A DNA stretch of 64,000 bases from Akkermansia sp. (GCA_017415555.1 JAFQGF010000010.1:1272-65271); one strand, 5' to 3'; numbered from the stretch's first letter, positions 7,336 to 17,544 are shown. Notes: generated by a model not told the origin, from the sequence alone. A program made the numbers and translations.

Positions 7336-10300
7336 TTGTCCCTCCGGCTCACCAGCTATGTGATGCGAAGCTCCGCGTTCTCCGCGGAGCTGGGGAGACT
7401 GTGTGCCGGCGACACACGGGAAGAACCGATTGTATTTCCCCGCACCAGCCCTGCCGCCTATGCCTTCGTGGTAGCCCTGGTAGCGGCACAAAGTAAAACA
7501 CCCCGGCGAATCTGGGCCGTGGCAGATGCTCTGCCCATGCAGGAGCGGGTAGCCGCAGAGCTGCCGCTGTGGGATGCCCCCTGCATCTTCGTACCGGAGA
7601 GGGAAATCCATGTCAACAACGGCCTGAGCGACCCGGATCTGGCCGCAGAACGCCTAGAAGCCCTGCGCGCCATTTCCGGCACACCGTCAGCACCGCAAGT
7701 AGTGGTTGTCACAGCCGCAGCCCTCAATCAACAGGCGCCAGCCTTTGCCCGAGCAGCTGCGGACACGACTCTTTGCCTGAAAGCGGGCGGAGAATACAGC
7801 CCCGAAGCCCTGTGCAAGTGCCTTACCGAGCATGGCTTCGACCGTGTAGAGCAGGTAACAGCCCGCAGCCAGTGGAGCCTGCGCTGCGGCATACTGGACG
7901 TATTTCCCCTGCAATCCGCCTGGCCCCTGCGTATCGAATTTTTCGGGGATGAGGTGGAAAGCATCCGAGCCTTCGATGTGGACAGTCAGCTCTCCTTCCG
8001 CAAGCTGGCAGATGCCGAGCTGGTGCTGGATGAGCCACCGGCAGACCGCTTACTGCGCGACCTCATCGCCCCGGAGGATTGGATTGTATCTCTGCCCGGC
8101 AGCGGAGAACCCGGAGATGTACTCGTGTTCGAAACCCCGCCGGATGTAGCAGATGTGGTGCCGGAGTTGGAGCGGCTCAACGAAAAAGACCCACTGGCCT
8201 TTTTCGGCACTCCGCTGGGCAGTTTCGACACCGGCGATTTCGTGATGCAGGAAGCCCGCCGGGCACTTGCACGCCGCAGTCTCCTGCAGTGGCGGGAAGA
8301 TAAGTGGCGCATCGTCATGTACTTTCCCCATGAAGGAGAAAAAAAACGCTTCGAGGAAATATGCGGAGAAGACGAAGCCTGGCGCCCCGTACAGAGCCGG
8401 GACGGCGACCTTCCCTTCGGCTTCACCGTCCCCGGAGCCAAGTTGGCCGTGCTCTCCGCGGCTGAACTGTTCGGCCGCTATTCTTCCCCACGCGCCCGCA
8501 AGCGAGACGAACGCGAGGACCGCCTGCGCCGGGAACGCGCCCAGGCACCACTGCGAGAAATCTCCCCCGGAGACTACGTCATCCACTCTGCCCATGGTCT
8601 TGGCCGCTTCGTAGGCATTGTGCAGGACGACAAAACCGGCGAGCAGGAACTGCACATCCAGTACGCCGGGAGCGTGCTGCTACGCATCCCCCTGCAACAA
8701 AGCCACTTGGTAAGCAAATATGTGGGGCTCGGAGCAAAAACCCCCGAGCTCTCTCGCCTGGGAGATGCCCGATGGAAACGCGCCTGCCAGGCCGCAGAGA
8801 GAGCCGTGCAGGACTACGCCGCCCAGTTGCTGGAGGTACAGGCCGAGCGAGAAAGCAACAACGGCTATGCACACCCGGCAGATTCCTCGTGGATGTGGCA
8901 GTTTGAAAGCTCCTTCCCCTACCGGGAAACTCCTGACCAGCTCCGTGCCATCAACCAGTGCAAGGCAGACATGGAGGCCCCCCGCCCCATGGACCGCCTT
9001 ATCTGCGGCGATGTCGGCTTCGGCAAAACGGAAGTAGCCATCCGAGCCGCCTTCAAATGTGTGACAGGCGGACGCCAGGCAGCCATTCTGGCTCCGACTA
9101 CCGTATTGGCAGACCAGCACTACCGCACCTTCCGCAGCCGCATGAGCGAGTACCCCATCCGCATCGAACTGCTCAGCCGCTTCACCCCTGCCAAAAAAGC
9201 GGCGGAAATCATAGAAGGCATGCGCCGCGGCGAGGTGGACATCGTGGTAGGCACTCACCGCCTCATCTCCAAAAATGTCAATTTCAAAAACCTGGGGCTC
9301 GCCGTCATTGACGAGGAGCAGCGCTTCGGCGTACGCCACAAGGAACAGTTTAAGCGCATGTTCCGCATGGTAGATATGCTCACCCTCTCAGCCACCCCCA
9401 TCCCTCGCACACTCTACGTGGCACTCATGGGTGCGCGCGACATGAGCACCATCGACACCGCCCCCCTCAATCGCCTCCCCGTGCAAACCGCCGTATGCCC
9501 CTACAGCGAAGAACTCATCGCCCGCGCCATCGAGCGTGAACTCGCCCGCAACGGGCAGGTATTCTTCCTGCACAACCGCGTGCAAAGCATCTATAAAATG
9601 GCGGAGGATTTGCAACGGCTTGTCCCCAAAGCCCGCATCGTCGTGGGGCACGGACAGATGGACAAAGGCGATCTGGAGTGCGTGATGCGCGATTTTGTAG
9701 CCGGCAAAGCAGATGTGCTTCTCTCCACCACCATCATCGAAAGCGGCATCGATATCCCCAACGCCAACACCATCATCATCGACCGAGCAGACCGCTTCGG
9801 ACTGGCAGACCTCTACCAGCTGCGCGGACGCGTGGGGCGCGGTGGTCACCGAGCCTATGCCTACCTCCTGCTGCCGCCGGATGCCCTCACCACCTCCGAC
9901 GCCCGCAAACGCGTCGCCGCCATCAAGCAATACACCGAGCTGGGAAGTGGCTTCAAAATCGCCATGCGAGACCTGGAAATCCGCGGTGCAGGCAATCTGC
10001 TCGGCACTCAGCAAAGCGGCCATATCGCCGCCATCGGCTTCGAGCTGTACTGCCAGTTGCTGCGCCAATCCATCGAACGCCTGCAGGGCAAAGCCCCCAC
10101 CATACGGGCGGATGCCCAGCTGAAAGCCGATTTTCTCTGCGTGAGTGAGGCCGTTCTTTCCACCCGTACCGATACCGACAAACTCATCGGCGCCTTCATC
10201 CCCGAAGCCTGGGTAGAAAGCACCCAAACCCGCATGGCCTGCTACACCCAGCTTGCCAAAGCCCTCACTGAGGATGACGTGGACGACCTGGAGCGCCAAT

Positions 10301-10533
10301 GGAACGACCGCTTCGGCCGCCTTCCCCACGCTGCCCGCAACCTACTCATCGCCCACAAAATCAAAATATTCGCCTCCCGCCGCAACATCTCTTCCGTAGA
10401 AATCTCCGGCCAGAAGCTCATGCTCACCCGCAACAAGGACTACATCCTCCTGGAGCGCCGCTTCCCACGCCTCACCAAAACTCGCCCTGCCGACAAACTC
10501 CGCGAAACGCTCAGATTCCTGCAGGAGATGTGA
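7336..10533 (+). CDS. mfd: Transcription-repair coupling factor (start may be 7360/7363)
   Basis: UvrB-like RCGILDVFP, CarD-like HGLGRF, GDVGFGKT, DEEQRFGV, QLRGRVGR and DLEIRGAGNLLG. Confidence 0.97.
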   Translation: MSLRLTSYVMRSSAFSAELGRLCAGDTREEPIVFPRTSPAAYAFVVALVAAQSKTPRRIWAVADALPMQERVAAELPLWDAPCIFVPEREIHVNNGLSDPDLAAERLEALRAISGTPSAPQVVVVTAAALNQQAPAFARAAADTTLCLKAGGEYSPEALCKCLTEHGFDRVEQVTARSQWSLRCGILDVFPLQSAWPLRIEFFGDEVESIRAFDVDSQLSFRKLADAELVLDEPPADRLLRDLIAPEDWIVSLPGSGEPGDVLVFETPPDVADVVPELERLNEKDPLAFFGTPLGSFDTGDFVMQEARRALARRSLLQWREDKWRIVMYFPHEGEKKRFEEICGEDEAWRPVQSRDGDLPFGFTVPGAKLAVLSAAELFGRYSSPRARKRDEREDRLRRERAQAPLREISPGDYVIHSAHGLGRFVGIVQDDKTGEQELHIQYAGSVLLRIPLQQSHLVSKYVGLGAKTPELSRLGDARWKRACQAAERAVQDYAAQLLEVQAERESNNGYAHPADSSWMWQFESSFPYRETPDQLRAINQCKADMEAPRPMDRLICGDVGFGKTEVAIRAAFKCVTGGRQAAILAPTTVLADQHYRTFRSRMSEYPIRIELLSRFTPAKKAAEIIEGMRRGEVDIVVGTHRLISKNVNFKNLGLAVIDEEQRFGVRHKEQFKRMFRMVDMLTLSATPIPRTLYVALMGARDMSTIDTAPLNRLPVQTAVCPYSEELIARAIERELARNGQVFFLHNRVQSIYKMAEDLQRLVPKARIVVGHGQMDKGDLECVMRDFVAGKADVLLSTTIIESGIDIPNANTIIIDRADRFGLADLYQLRGRVGRGGHRAYAYLLLPPDALTTSDARKRVAAIKQYTELGSGFKIAMRDLEIRGAGNLLGTQQSGHIAAIGFELYCQLLRQSIERLQGKAPTIRADAQLKADFLCVSEAVLSTRTDTDKLIGAFIPEAWVESTQTRMACYTQLAKALTEDDVDDLERQWNDRFGRLPHAARNLLIAHKIKIFASRRNISSVEISGQKLMLTRNKDYILLERRFPRLTKTRPADKLRETLRFLQEM

Positions 10534-13489
10534 GACCGGGCACCACTCCCTTCCCCGCCTTCTCCGCCACAAGGCTCAGAATATCCGCAGCAGTTTCAGC
10601 ATTTTCCAAGCGCAGGACATTGTCACTTTCTTTGCGCATGGAAAGGAAGTTAGCATTACCATACCATACGATACGCCGATCGATGATGACAAAGTGCTCA
10701 TGATGCTCTGCATAGGTCTGCACGTCCACACCGGCAGCACTAAGCAGGGAAATGAGACGACGCACCTCTTCCTCTCGCTCCGGAAGCACCGACGGAGACT
10801 GAGTGAGCACAGAGATACGCGGAGCCCGCACCGACATCTCATCCACCAGCTCCAGAAACCACTTCACCCCTTTTCTATTCAATGTCGTCGATGACACAAC
10901 GACTTCAGATGCGGCTGCAAGAATATCTTTTTCCAGAGCTATTTCAAAATCCCCGGCTTCAAAAAACGCCCCTCGCTCGGCAGCGTGTTCGAACAAAGGC
11001 ATAGGGGTAAACAACTGATACCCCATACGCCTGTATGTGCGCAAACGTTTAGCATACATGCGGTCAAACACCCGCACGCGCAAATCAACATAGTCATAGA
11101 TGATAACATCCTGCTTACCGACATAATCTCTGTGCAAACGCCCGGCGTACTGCTCGACATTCCCCTCCCACGCAATGGGAGTAGTAAGCATCAGGGTATC
11201 AAGACGAGGATAATTGAATCCCTCACCAATGTATTGCCCAATAGCTACCACAACCACCGATTCTGTGGGTGGGGTAGCCAGCAGATTCCGGCGAATATGC
11301 TCACGCTCTTTGCTGCTGCGCCCTCCCCGCAAAAGATACAGATTCTTCACCTTTCCCCGCAAAGCCTCCAGCAAATGTTCAGCATGAGCCCTGAACTTGG
11401 TAAGAACCAACGGTGTCCGCCCCTCATTCACAGCAGACATCACGTCTGAAATGATAAGCTGATTTCTCACAGAGTCATCGATAAGCAGGCGGTAAAGCTC
11501 CTGTATACGAGCTTCTTGTCCCGGAACACAAAAGCGAGTAAAACGAGGATGAATCAAATGGCGAACATTCTGACTTTCTGCTCTCTGCCTGGCAGTAAAA
11601 CGATAACGAACCGGACCGAATGCCATGAGCACCTTTTGCTCCATGCCGTCATCACGCTTCGGAGTAGCCGTTAACCCATACACATATTTTGCATTCACCC
11701 TGTTGAGCACACAATGCGCTTGGTAAGCAGCGCCATGGTGGCACTCGTCCATAATCACCATGCCATATTCCCTTACAAGCGGATTGATATCATCTGCATT
11801 TCCCAGCGATGTCACCATCGCAACATCCACCAATCCCCCCACCGAATAATGAGCCGCAAACAAGCGTCCTATGTGGCTCTTGCGTTGTCGGGCTCGGCCG
11901 GAAGGAGTTCTGTACTCCGGCAAAGGGTCTTCAATACGCAGAAAACGCTGCAAATCATCCACCCAGTTTTTGAGGATCTCCCTGTTGTGCACCAACACGA
12001 GCGTGTTCACCTTTCTGGCGGCTATCAGATACGCCCCGACGGCGGTCTTTCCGAACGCCGTAGCTGCCTGCAAAATACCGATATCGTTTTGCAGCATGGC
12101 ATCGGCAGCTTTCTGTTGCTCGGGATAAAGCTGCGCGGCAAACTCCACCTTGATGGGGCGCCCGGCGTTGCGCAAATCTTCGTAGGCAACAGATATATCA
12201 CCCTCTCGGCAGAGATCAAGCACCTGTTCTCGCTTACCACGCGGCAACCCGATATAAACGTCATCTTCTTCAAAACACGGCACAATACGCACGACTCCCT
12301 TTACAGAGAGCCCCATAGCCCGATTTCTGTAAAACAACGGATTACGAAACGAAGCCAAACGCCTCAGCGCATTACATAGCCGCGGACGCAAATTATCCTT
12401 GCGCACATAAAGCATGCAGGAATCCACCACCACCATGTGCCCATCCACATCTTCTCGATGTAGCACAAACTCCTGTTTTTTCCATGGTTGAGGGGCATCA
12501 ATACTCTCCACTTGTGAGATAACTCCCAACTCACCGGCACGTCCCCACTCCTGTATTCGCGAGCGCACGAATTCCAGGGAAATGCGAGCAGTCTGCTGCA
12601 AACGAGCCCACTGATTCGAATAAGGCACCCACTGTTCATCAACAAAAGCGCTATTTCCTGCCAAAAGAGCCCGCCCCTGCAACGGCAAGGCAATCAGATT
12701 CCCCAAGCCACCCTCAGGCATACTATCCTGTGCCGGCAACATGCGATCATAGGCATGAAATGACTTCTGATTCACCAGCTCGGCACCGCGCGTCAAAAGA
12801 CAGGCACCAAAACGACGGGCTTCCACGGCCGGTATCGCAGACTCAAAAAACAGCCACACATGAGCCCCGTTACCGGAACGAGAACGCTCCACCAGTGCAT
12901 CCACCCCCAGCTCCGCACACAAACGCCTCAGCGTATCAACCTCGCTGCGCCAATCTATCGTCGCCTCGCCCTCATGATTATCGAAATCAAACACGATAAA
13001 GTGACAGTGCTCGTCTTCCAACAATGGATAGACGCCCACGACATCTCGGCCATCCTCAGCCATCCCCTGTAAATGCCGCATCAGTACACGTTGATTCAAA
13101 GGCGTCCACTGCCGATACGAGCACTCAAGGCAGCGTTTCTTTGCCCCCTCCCGCCGAGGACACTTGCCCTGCACCCAGAAATTATCACAGACCGGATAAT
13201 ATACCCCCTTCCCCTCACGCGTTACATTCCTGCGAGCATAGACATCCTTTCGCCCTTTGAAGTAGGAATAAAACACCCGCGCATGAGCCGCAGTAATCTC
13301 CGGCATCAACATTCCATGCGTTCCATCACCTTCTGCTTCTTCATAATCAATTCTGTGCTGCAACAAAAGCCGCTTCAGACGAGCATTTTCGTCCCGAAGG
13401 CGAGCAATCAACCGCCGCATACACTCAGGTGAACCATCTTCCCACGCTTGCACGGTGCTTATACTACTACTCTTGCATAGGCAAGACAA
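10511..13489 (-). CDS. Multidomain protein: AEP/TOTE-like primase domain + SF2 (ResIII-like) helicase + PLD-like domain (start uncertain)
   Basis: FDFD and ERSRSGNGAHVWLFF (AEP-like), ATAFGKT, MDECHH, GLTATP, QYAGRLHR, and C-terminal HEHFVIID...WYGNAN. Confidence 0.85.
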   Translation of the reverse strand: MSCLCKSSSISTVQAWEDGSPECMRRLIARLRDENARLKRLLLQHRIDYEEAEGDGTHGMLMPEITAAHARVFYSYFKGRKDVYARRNVTREGKGVYYPVCDNFWVQGKCPRREGAKKRCLECSYRQWTPLNQRVLMRHLQGMAEDGRDVVGVYPLLEDEHCHFIVFDFDNHEGEATIDWRSEVDTLRRLCAELGVDALVERSRSGNGAHVWLFFESAIPAVEARRFGACLLTRGAELVNQKSFHAYDRMLPAQDSMPEGGLGNLIALPLQGRALLAGNSAFVDEQWVPYSNQWARLQQTARISLEFVRSRIQEWGRAGELGVISQVESIDAPQPWKKQEFVLHREDVDGHMVVVDSCMLYVRKDNLRPRLCNALRRLASFRNPLFYRNRAMGLSVKGVVRIVPCFEEDDVYIGLPRGKREQVLDLCREGDISVAYEDLRNAGRPIKVEFAAQLYPEQQKAADAMLQNDIGILQAATAFGKTAVGAYLIAARKVNTLVLVHNREILKNWVDDLQRFLRIEDPLPEYRTPSGRARQRKSHIGRLFAAHYSVGGLVDVAMVTSLGNADDINPLVREYGMVIMDECHHGAAYQAHCVLNRVNAKYVYGLTATPKRDDGMEQKVLMAFGPVRYRFTARQRAESQNVRHLIHPRFTRFCVPGQEARIQELYRLLIDDSVRNQLIISDVMSAVNEGRTPLVLTKFRAHAEHLLEALRGKVKNLYLLRGGRSSKEREHIRRNLLATPPTESVVVVAIGQYIGEGFNYPRLDTLMLTTPIAWEGNVEQYAGRLHRDYVGKQDVIIYDYVDLRVRVFDRMYAKRLRTYRRMGYQLFTPMPLFEHAAERGAFFEAGDFEIALEKDILAAASEVVVSSTTLNRKGVKWFLELVDEMSVRAPRISVLTQSPSVLPEREEEVRRLISLLSAAGVDVQTYAEHHEHFVIIDRRIVWYGNANFLSMRKESDNVLRLENAETAADILSLVAEKAGKGVVPGLTSPAGI

Positions 13490-13510
13490 GAAAAAAAGCG
13501 GAAAACATGG

Positions 13511-13744
13511 AGAAAGTTACCGTTACTAAACCATATAGGCAAAGTCCATTCCCCCAATATTTACTACTTTCACATACTTATCGCAAGTACAGTTTGGTGT
13601 ACTCTTCCTCTGAAAGGATTCAGTGATTGGCAAGCTCCCATCGTCTGGTTGATGTGCATACCGTTATCCATGACGCTTATTTTCATACGCAATCGAGCTA
13701 AAAAACTCATTACTCGCTTACACGAGAAATTCAGAACCAGCTGA
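13511..13744 (+). pseudogene. Start-less 3' remnant of a membrane-protein gene, resembling an acyltransferase-3 C-terminus
   Basis: Frame open 13481-13744: ...LPLLNHIGKVHSPNIYYFHILIASTVWCTLPLKGFSDWQAPIVWLMCIPLSMTLIFIRNRAKK...; two hydrophobic helices; AT-rich; absent from the ORF track. Confidence 0.45.
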
Positions 13745-13822
13745 TACTCCGCCCCCATCACCCTCTCCACCTGTTTTTTCTAAAATCTTGCGCAAGAGCG
13801 AGAGTTAGGATAAAAGGGAGGC

Positions 13823-14404
13823 ATGGAATACATTGTGGCGTTAGCCCTGCTGGTAACGGTGGGGGCATGTGTAGTAGCAGCGTATGCACGGCTGCACCAT
13901 TTGTATGGACGAGTGCAGGGAGCCTGGGAGAAATGGAATGAAGCCACTCGGCGGCGGAATGACTGCCTGGGGGATTTTGTGGCGGTGTTTGCGAGTTTTC
14001 TGCCTCAGGAAGACATGCTGCCACGCGATATACGACGCTGGGTGGAGGACAGCAGCCGGGCGCTGGAGGCCACACCGGCAGCCCCCTTGCTGGGGGCCGG
14101 GCATGTCCTGACAGCCGCAGAACGCCAATTGCGGCGCATGATGACCTACTCCGGCCGGGCAATGGAAGCCACGCCCCGCATGAGAGAAAGCGACCAGCTG
14201 CTGGGGCTTTACCAGGCCATGGCCGTATCCCGCCACCAGCAAGAGGAGGTGGCAGGCTACTACAACCGCTCAGTTCACGACTACAATGCCGCCCTGAATG
14301 AGCCGCTCACGCGCCTGCTGGCCCCAGTGCTGGGCTTTGCCCCGGTAGAGGAAGTCCAAGTAGAAATACGGCATTCCGATTCGGACAACAACTCAATCAA
14401 GTAG
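13823..14404 (+). CDS. LemA-family membrane protein
   Basis: N-terminal TM, RRNDCL and YYNRSVHDYNAAL..P..LLA..LGF LemA signature; GGAGG SD. Confidence 0.85.
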   Translation: MEYIVALALLVTVGACVVAAYARLHHLYGRVQGAWEKWNEATRRRNDCLGDFVAVFASFLPQEDMLPRDIRRWVEDSSRALEATPAAPLLGAGHVLTAAERQLRRMMTYSGRAMEATPRMRESDQLLGLYQAMAVSRHQQEEVAGYYNRSVHDYNAALNEPLTRLLAPVLGFAPVEEVQVEIRHSDSDNNSIK

Positions 14405-14428
14405 CCTGCCCCGCTGCCTCTCGGACAC

Positions 14429-14463
14429 GAAAAGACCGCAGCCATTCCGACTGCGGTCTTTTC
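14429..14463. terminator. Bidirectional intrinsic terminator between the LemA gene and tig
   Basis: GAAAAGACCGCAG/CTGCGGTCTTTTC inverted repeat. Confidence 0.8.
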
Positions 14464-14529
14464 ACTTGCGGGAAGCCCCCCGCCGGACTATCTACTTTGC
14501 AGAAGGTAATCCGTAGATAACAATTTCAT

Positions 14530-15831
14530 TTACTCCACAACAACCTTGGCGTTGCGAGCCAGCAGGTCGATAACCTTGGAGGTCACAATGCTGAGACGGA
14601 TGCCGGTCATGCGATTCTCGCGCTGCAGCTTGCGTACAAAGCTCTTAAGATTCTTCTCACGAGCCTGCTCTGCCATGTTGGAGATAGCTTGGAGCATCTC
14701 GGCATCGCTGGCAGTAATCATCTCGCGGCGGGCAATCTCCTGCAGGGCAAAGTACACGCGCAGGTTGCGCTCAGTCTCAGCCTTGGCCGTCTCGCGCAGG
14801 GAGTCCATGTCCTTGGCTGCCTCAAAGTCGCCGGCCTGGATGGCGGCATAAACCTTACGCTGCACAGTATTCTCATTCTCGCGCTCCACCAGGTCAGCCG
14901 GCAGGGCGAAGGTGAGCTGGTCTGCCAGCTTCTCGGAAATCTGGTCGGCCTTGGCCTCATCGTTGCTGCGCTCCTTGGAGCTCTTGAGGTTCTCGCGCAC
15001 GATGTCGCGGATTTCTTCCATGCTCTTTCCGGGCAGAGCGCTCTCGAACAACTCCGCCGTAATCTCAGGCACCTGCTTCTCACGCACCTCCTTTACCACG
15101 CAGGAGAAGGTCACCTCCTTACCGGCCAGGTCGGAAATGACGAAGTCCTCCTTCAGCGTAGCCACGATATCCTTGCTCTCACCGGCGCTCACGCCCACCA
15201 GGCCGTCTGCCAGCTCGGGGATAAAGCGGTCATCCTGCAGGCTTACCCAGTAGTCCTCACGCCCCTCCAGGAAGCCCACGCTCTTGCCGCAATACTCAGC
15301 CACGGGCTTACCCTCGCAGCTGGTCTTAAAGTCTACCACCACGATGTCGCCCTTGGCGCTGGCACGCTCCACAACCTCGTGCTTGGCGGAGGTCTCGGCA
15401 TACTTCTGCAGCGTCTCGTCCACCTCGGCGTCGCTCACCTCGGTGCTCGGCACTGTCACCTCGATACCCATGTACTCAGGCAGCTCGAACTCGGGCACCA
15501 CTGTCAGCGTAGCCTTCAGCGTATAGGAACCATCCTCGGCCACACCACCCTCGGGGGTACCGAAGTCCAGCACCTTCAGGTCGGGGTTCTCGTCCAGGCA
15601 CTTCTCCTGAATGTCGCTCTTCATGCGGTAGTCCACTTCCTCGGCAATTTCGGAAGCGAAGCGCTTGGCGATCATGCTCTTAGGAGCCTTACCGGGGCGG
15701 AAGCCGGGCAGGCGGGCGCTCTTTGCATAGCTGGCCAGAATGCCGTCTTTCACAGAGGCCACGTCACTTGCCGGAACGGTAGCGGACATCGCTACCTGGC
15801 AGTCGCTGATTTTTTCGATGCTGATTTCCAT
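14530..15831 (-). CDS. tig: Trigger factor
   Basis: LPGFRPGKAP ribosome-binding motif; FKBP domain (GDIVVVDF, FIPEL..GLVG, LAGKEVTF). Confidence 0.97.
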   Translation of the reverse strand: MEISIEKISDCQVAMSATVPASDVASVKDGILASYAKSARLPGFRPGKAPKSMIAKRFASEIAEEVDYRMKSDIQEKCLDENPDLKVLDFGTPEGGVAEDGSYTLKATLTVVPEFELPEYMGIEVTVPSTEVSDAEVDETLQKYAETSAKHEVVERASAKGDIVVVDFKTSCEGKPVAEYCGKSVGFLEGREDYWVSLQDDRFIPELADGLVGVSAGESKDIVATLKEDFVISDLAGKEVTFSCVVKEVREKQVPEITAELFESALPGKSMEEIRDIVRENLKSSKERSNDEAKADQISEKLADQLTFALPADLVERENENTVQRKVYAAIQAGDFEAAKDMDSLRETAKAETERNLRVYFALQEIARREMITASDAEMLQAISNMAEQAREKNLKSFVRKLQRENRMTGIRLSIVTSKVIDLLARNAKVVVE

Positions 15832-16071
15832 AATACTAGAGTTTAGAAAATTTTTCGGTCGCGCATTATATCCCCATACTTACACAAAAGCAAGCGCATA
15901 GTGAGCAATGACGCAATTTTATTGCTCATTCTTCTCTGAACCGGAGTTTTACCTTCCGGGTTTCGGAATAAATTCCGGCAGTCCGCGTCCTAATCCTGAC
16001 GAAATACTCGGTGACTCACGAGGGACTCAACACACCGTCAGCCCGGCAAAACCGCATTATTCAGTTTCGCC

Positions 16072-16099
16072 TTGACGTACAGCATCCGGTGGGTATAAT
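16072..16099 (+). promoter_or_regulatory. Sigma70-type promoter for the PLP lyase gene
   Basis: TTGACG-16 bp-TATAAT. Confidence 0.65.
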
Positions 16100-16124
16100 G
16101 AGGGGGAACACAGAATTATCTGTT

Positions 16125-17276
16125 ATGATACGCTTTGCTTCGACTGATTGCCGCAGAGAAACCGGCAACATAAAATGGGACCTGCAGGGGCCCCTGCCCT
16201 TTGGTATTGCCGATATGGACATCGAGAGCCCGCCCTGCGTGGTGGATGCTCTGCAGGCACGCCTCAACCACCGATTCTACGGCTATGCCTTCATGACGGA
16301 TGAACTGAGAGCCGCCATCACCGCCTACCTGGTAAAGAAACACGGTGTTGCCAATGCCGCCCCAGAGTGGCTGCACGAGCTGCCCGGGTGTGTGCCGGCC
16401 TTCACACTGGTGACGCGCACTGTATGCCCCGAACCGCAGCACGAGGTAATGGTGTGTTCCCCCACCTACCCGCCCATGCTGCACTGCCACGAAGATGCCC
16501 GCTGCAGCCTGCTGAGCGTCCCCTTTAAGTACACAGGCGAGCGCTGGGAGTTCGACTGGGAAGCCATGGAAGCTGCAGTAAGCCCGAATACCAGACTCTT
16601 CCTGCTCTGCAACCCGCACAACCCGCTGGGCCGCGCCTGGAGCCGCGAGGAGATGGAGCGAGTGGCCGACTTCTGCGAGCGCCACGACCTCATCCTCTGT
16701 TCCGACGAAATCCACTGCGACCTGGTACTGGATGAAGACAAAAAACATGTGTGCTCCCTCACTCTGCCCGAGAGCATGCAGCAACGTACCGTCATGCTCA
16801 GCGCCCCCAGCAAGACCTTCAACATAGCCGGAATCTGCTTCACCTACATGGCCGTGCCGAATGCCGAGCTGCGAGCCGCCATCCGCAAGACACAGGGGCA
16901 CAGCCTGCCCACGCTCAACGTCTTTGCCTACGCGGCCTCCCTTGCAGCCTACACCAGCGGATGGGATTGGCACGAGCAATTGCTGCGCACTCTGCGCACC
17001 AATCGTCAGTATGTAGTGGACTACATCACCCGTGAGCTCCCCATGCTTAAGACACGCCACCAGGAAGCCACCTACCTGGCCTGGATTGATTGCTCTGCCC
17101 TCGGCGTGGAAAGTCCCCATACCTTCTTCCGCGAAAAAGCCGGCGTCTATCTGGACAATGGAGCCAATTTCGGCGACCCTCAGTGCGTGCGCCTCAATTT
17201 CGCCACCTCGCCGGAGATGCTCCGCATCGGCTTGGACGCCATGCGGGATGCCGTTCTGGCACATCTGGGGCAGTAA
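16125..17276 (+). CDS. MalY/PatB-family PLP-dependent C-S lyase (cystathionine beta-lyase-like)
   Basis: IADMD, LCNPHNPLGR, SDEIHCDL, APSKTFNIAG, ATYLAWID and RLNFAT; start placed at ATG 16125, downstream of the promoter. Confidence 0.92.
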   Translation: MIRFASTDCRRETGNIKWDLQGPLPFGIADMDIESPPCVVDALQARLNHRFYGYAFMTDELRAAITAYLVKKHGVANAAPEWLHELPGCVPAFTLVTRTVCPEPQHEVMVCSPTYPPMLHCHEDARCSLLSVPFKYTGERWEFDWEAMEAAVSPNTRLFLLCNPHNPLGRAWSREEMERVADFCERHDLILCSDEIHCDLVLDEDKKHVCSLTLPESMQQRTVMLSAPSKTFNIAGICFTYMAVPNAELRAAIRKTQGHSLPTLNVFAYAASLAAYTSGWDWHEQLLRTLRTNRQYVVDYITRELPMLKTRHQEATYLAWIDCSALGVESPHTFFREKAGVYLDNGANFGDPQCVRLNFATSPEMLRIGLDAMRDAVLAHLGQ

Positions 17277-17432
17277 CAACGCAGAACAGCCCACATTTTG
17301 CCCGTTGCCTCATCAGCTACGGGCATTTTTCTGGCTATTTTTCAAGAAAAATTGCATTTCACCAAAGAAAAAGCTTGCAATGTGGCCGCATATGCGCTAA
17401 AATCTCCCCGCACTCGTTCCCGAGCACAAAAC

Positions 17433-17504
17433 GCGCAGTTAGCTCAGTGGTAGAGCACATCCTTCACACGGATGGGGTCATAAGTTCGAATCTTATACTG
17501 CGTA
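17433..17504 (+). tRNA. tRNA-Val(CAC); CCA not encoded
   Basis: Acceptor GCGCAGT/ACTGCGT, D-arm AGCTCAGTGGTAGAGC, anticodon arm CATCC-TTCACAC-GGATG, T-loop TTCGAAT. Confidence 0.95.
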
Positions 17505-17509
17505 TCAGA

Positions 17510-17544
17510 AAGCCTCGCAAGTTTACCACTTGCGAGGCTTTTTT
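17510..17544 (+). terminator. Intrinsic terminator after tRNA-Val
   Basis: AAGCCTCGCAAGT/ACTTGCGAGGCTT followed by a T-tract. Confidence 0.85.

Noticed and set aside
15990-16060. SAM-I-like words (GAGGGACT...CCCGGCAA) upstream of a C-S lyase, and a hammerhead-like CTGACGA
   Set aside because: The ATC/GAT P1, GGCCC pseudoknot and GGTGC elements are missing, the gene's predicted promoter lies downstream of it, and there is no stem II-GAAA for a hammerhead
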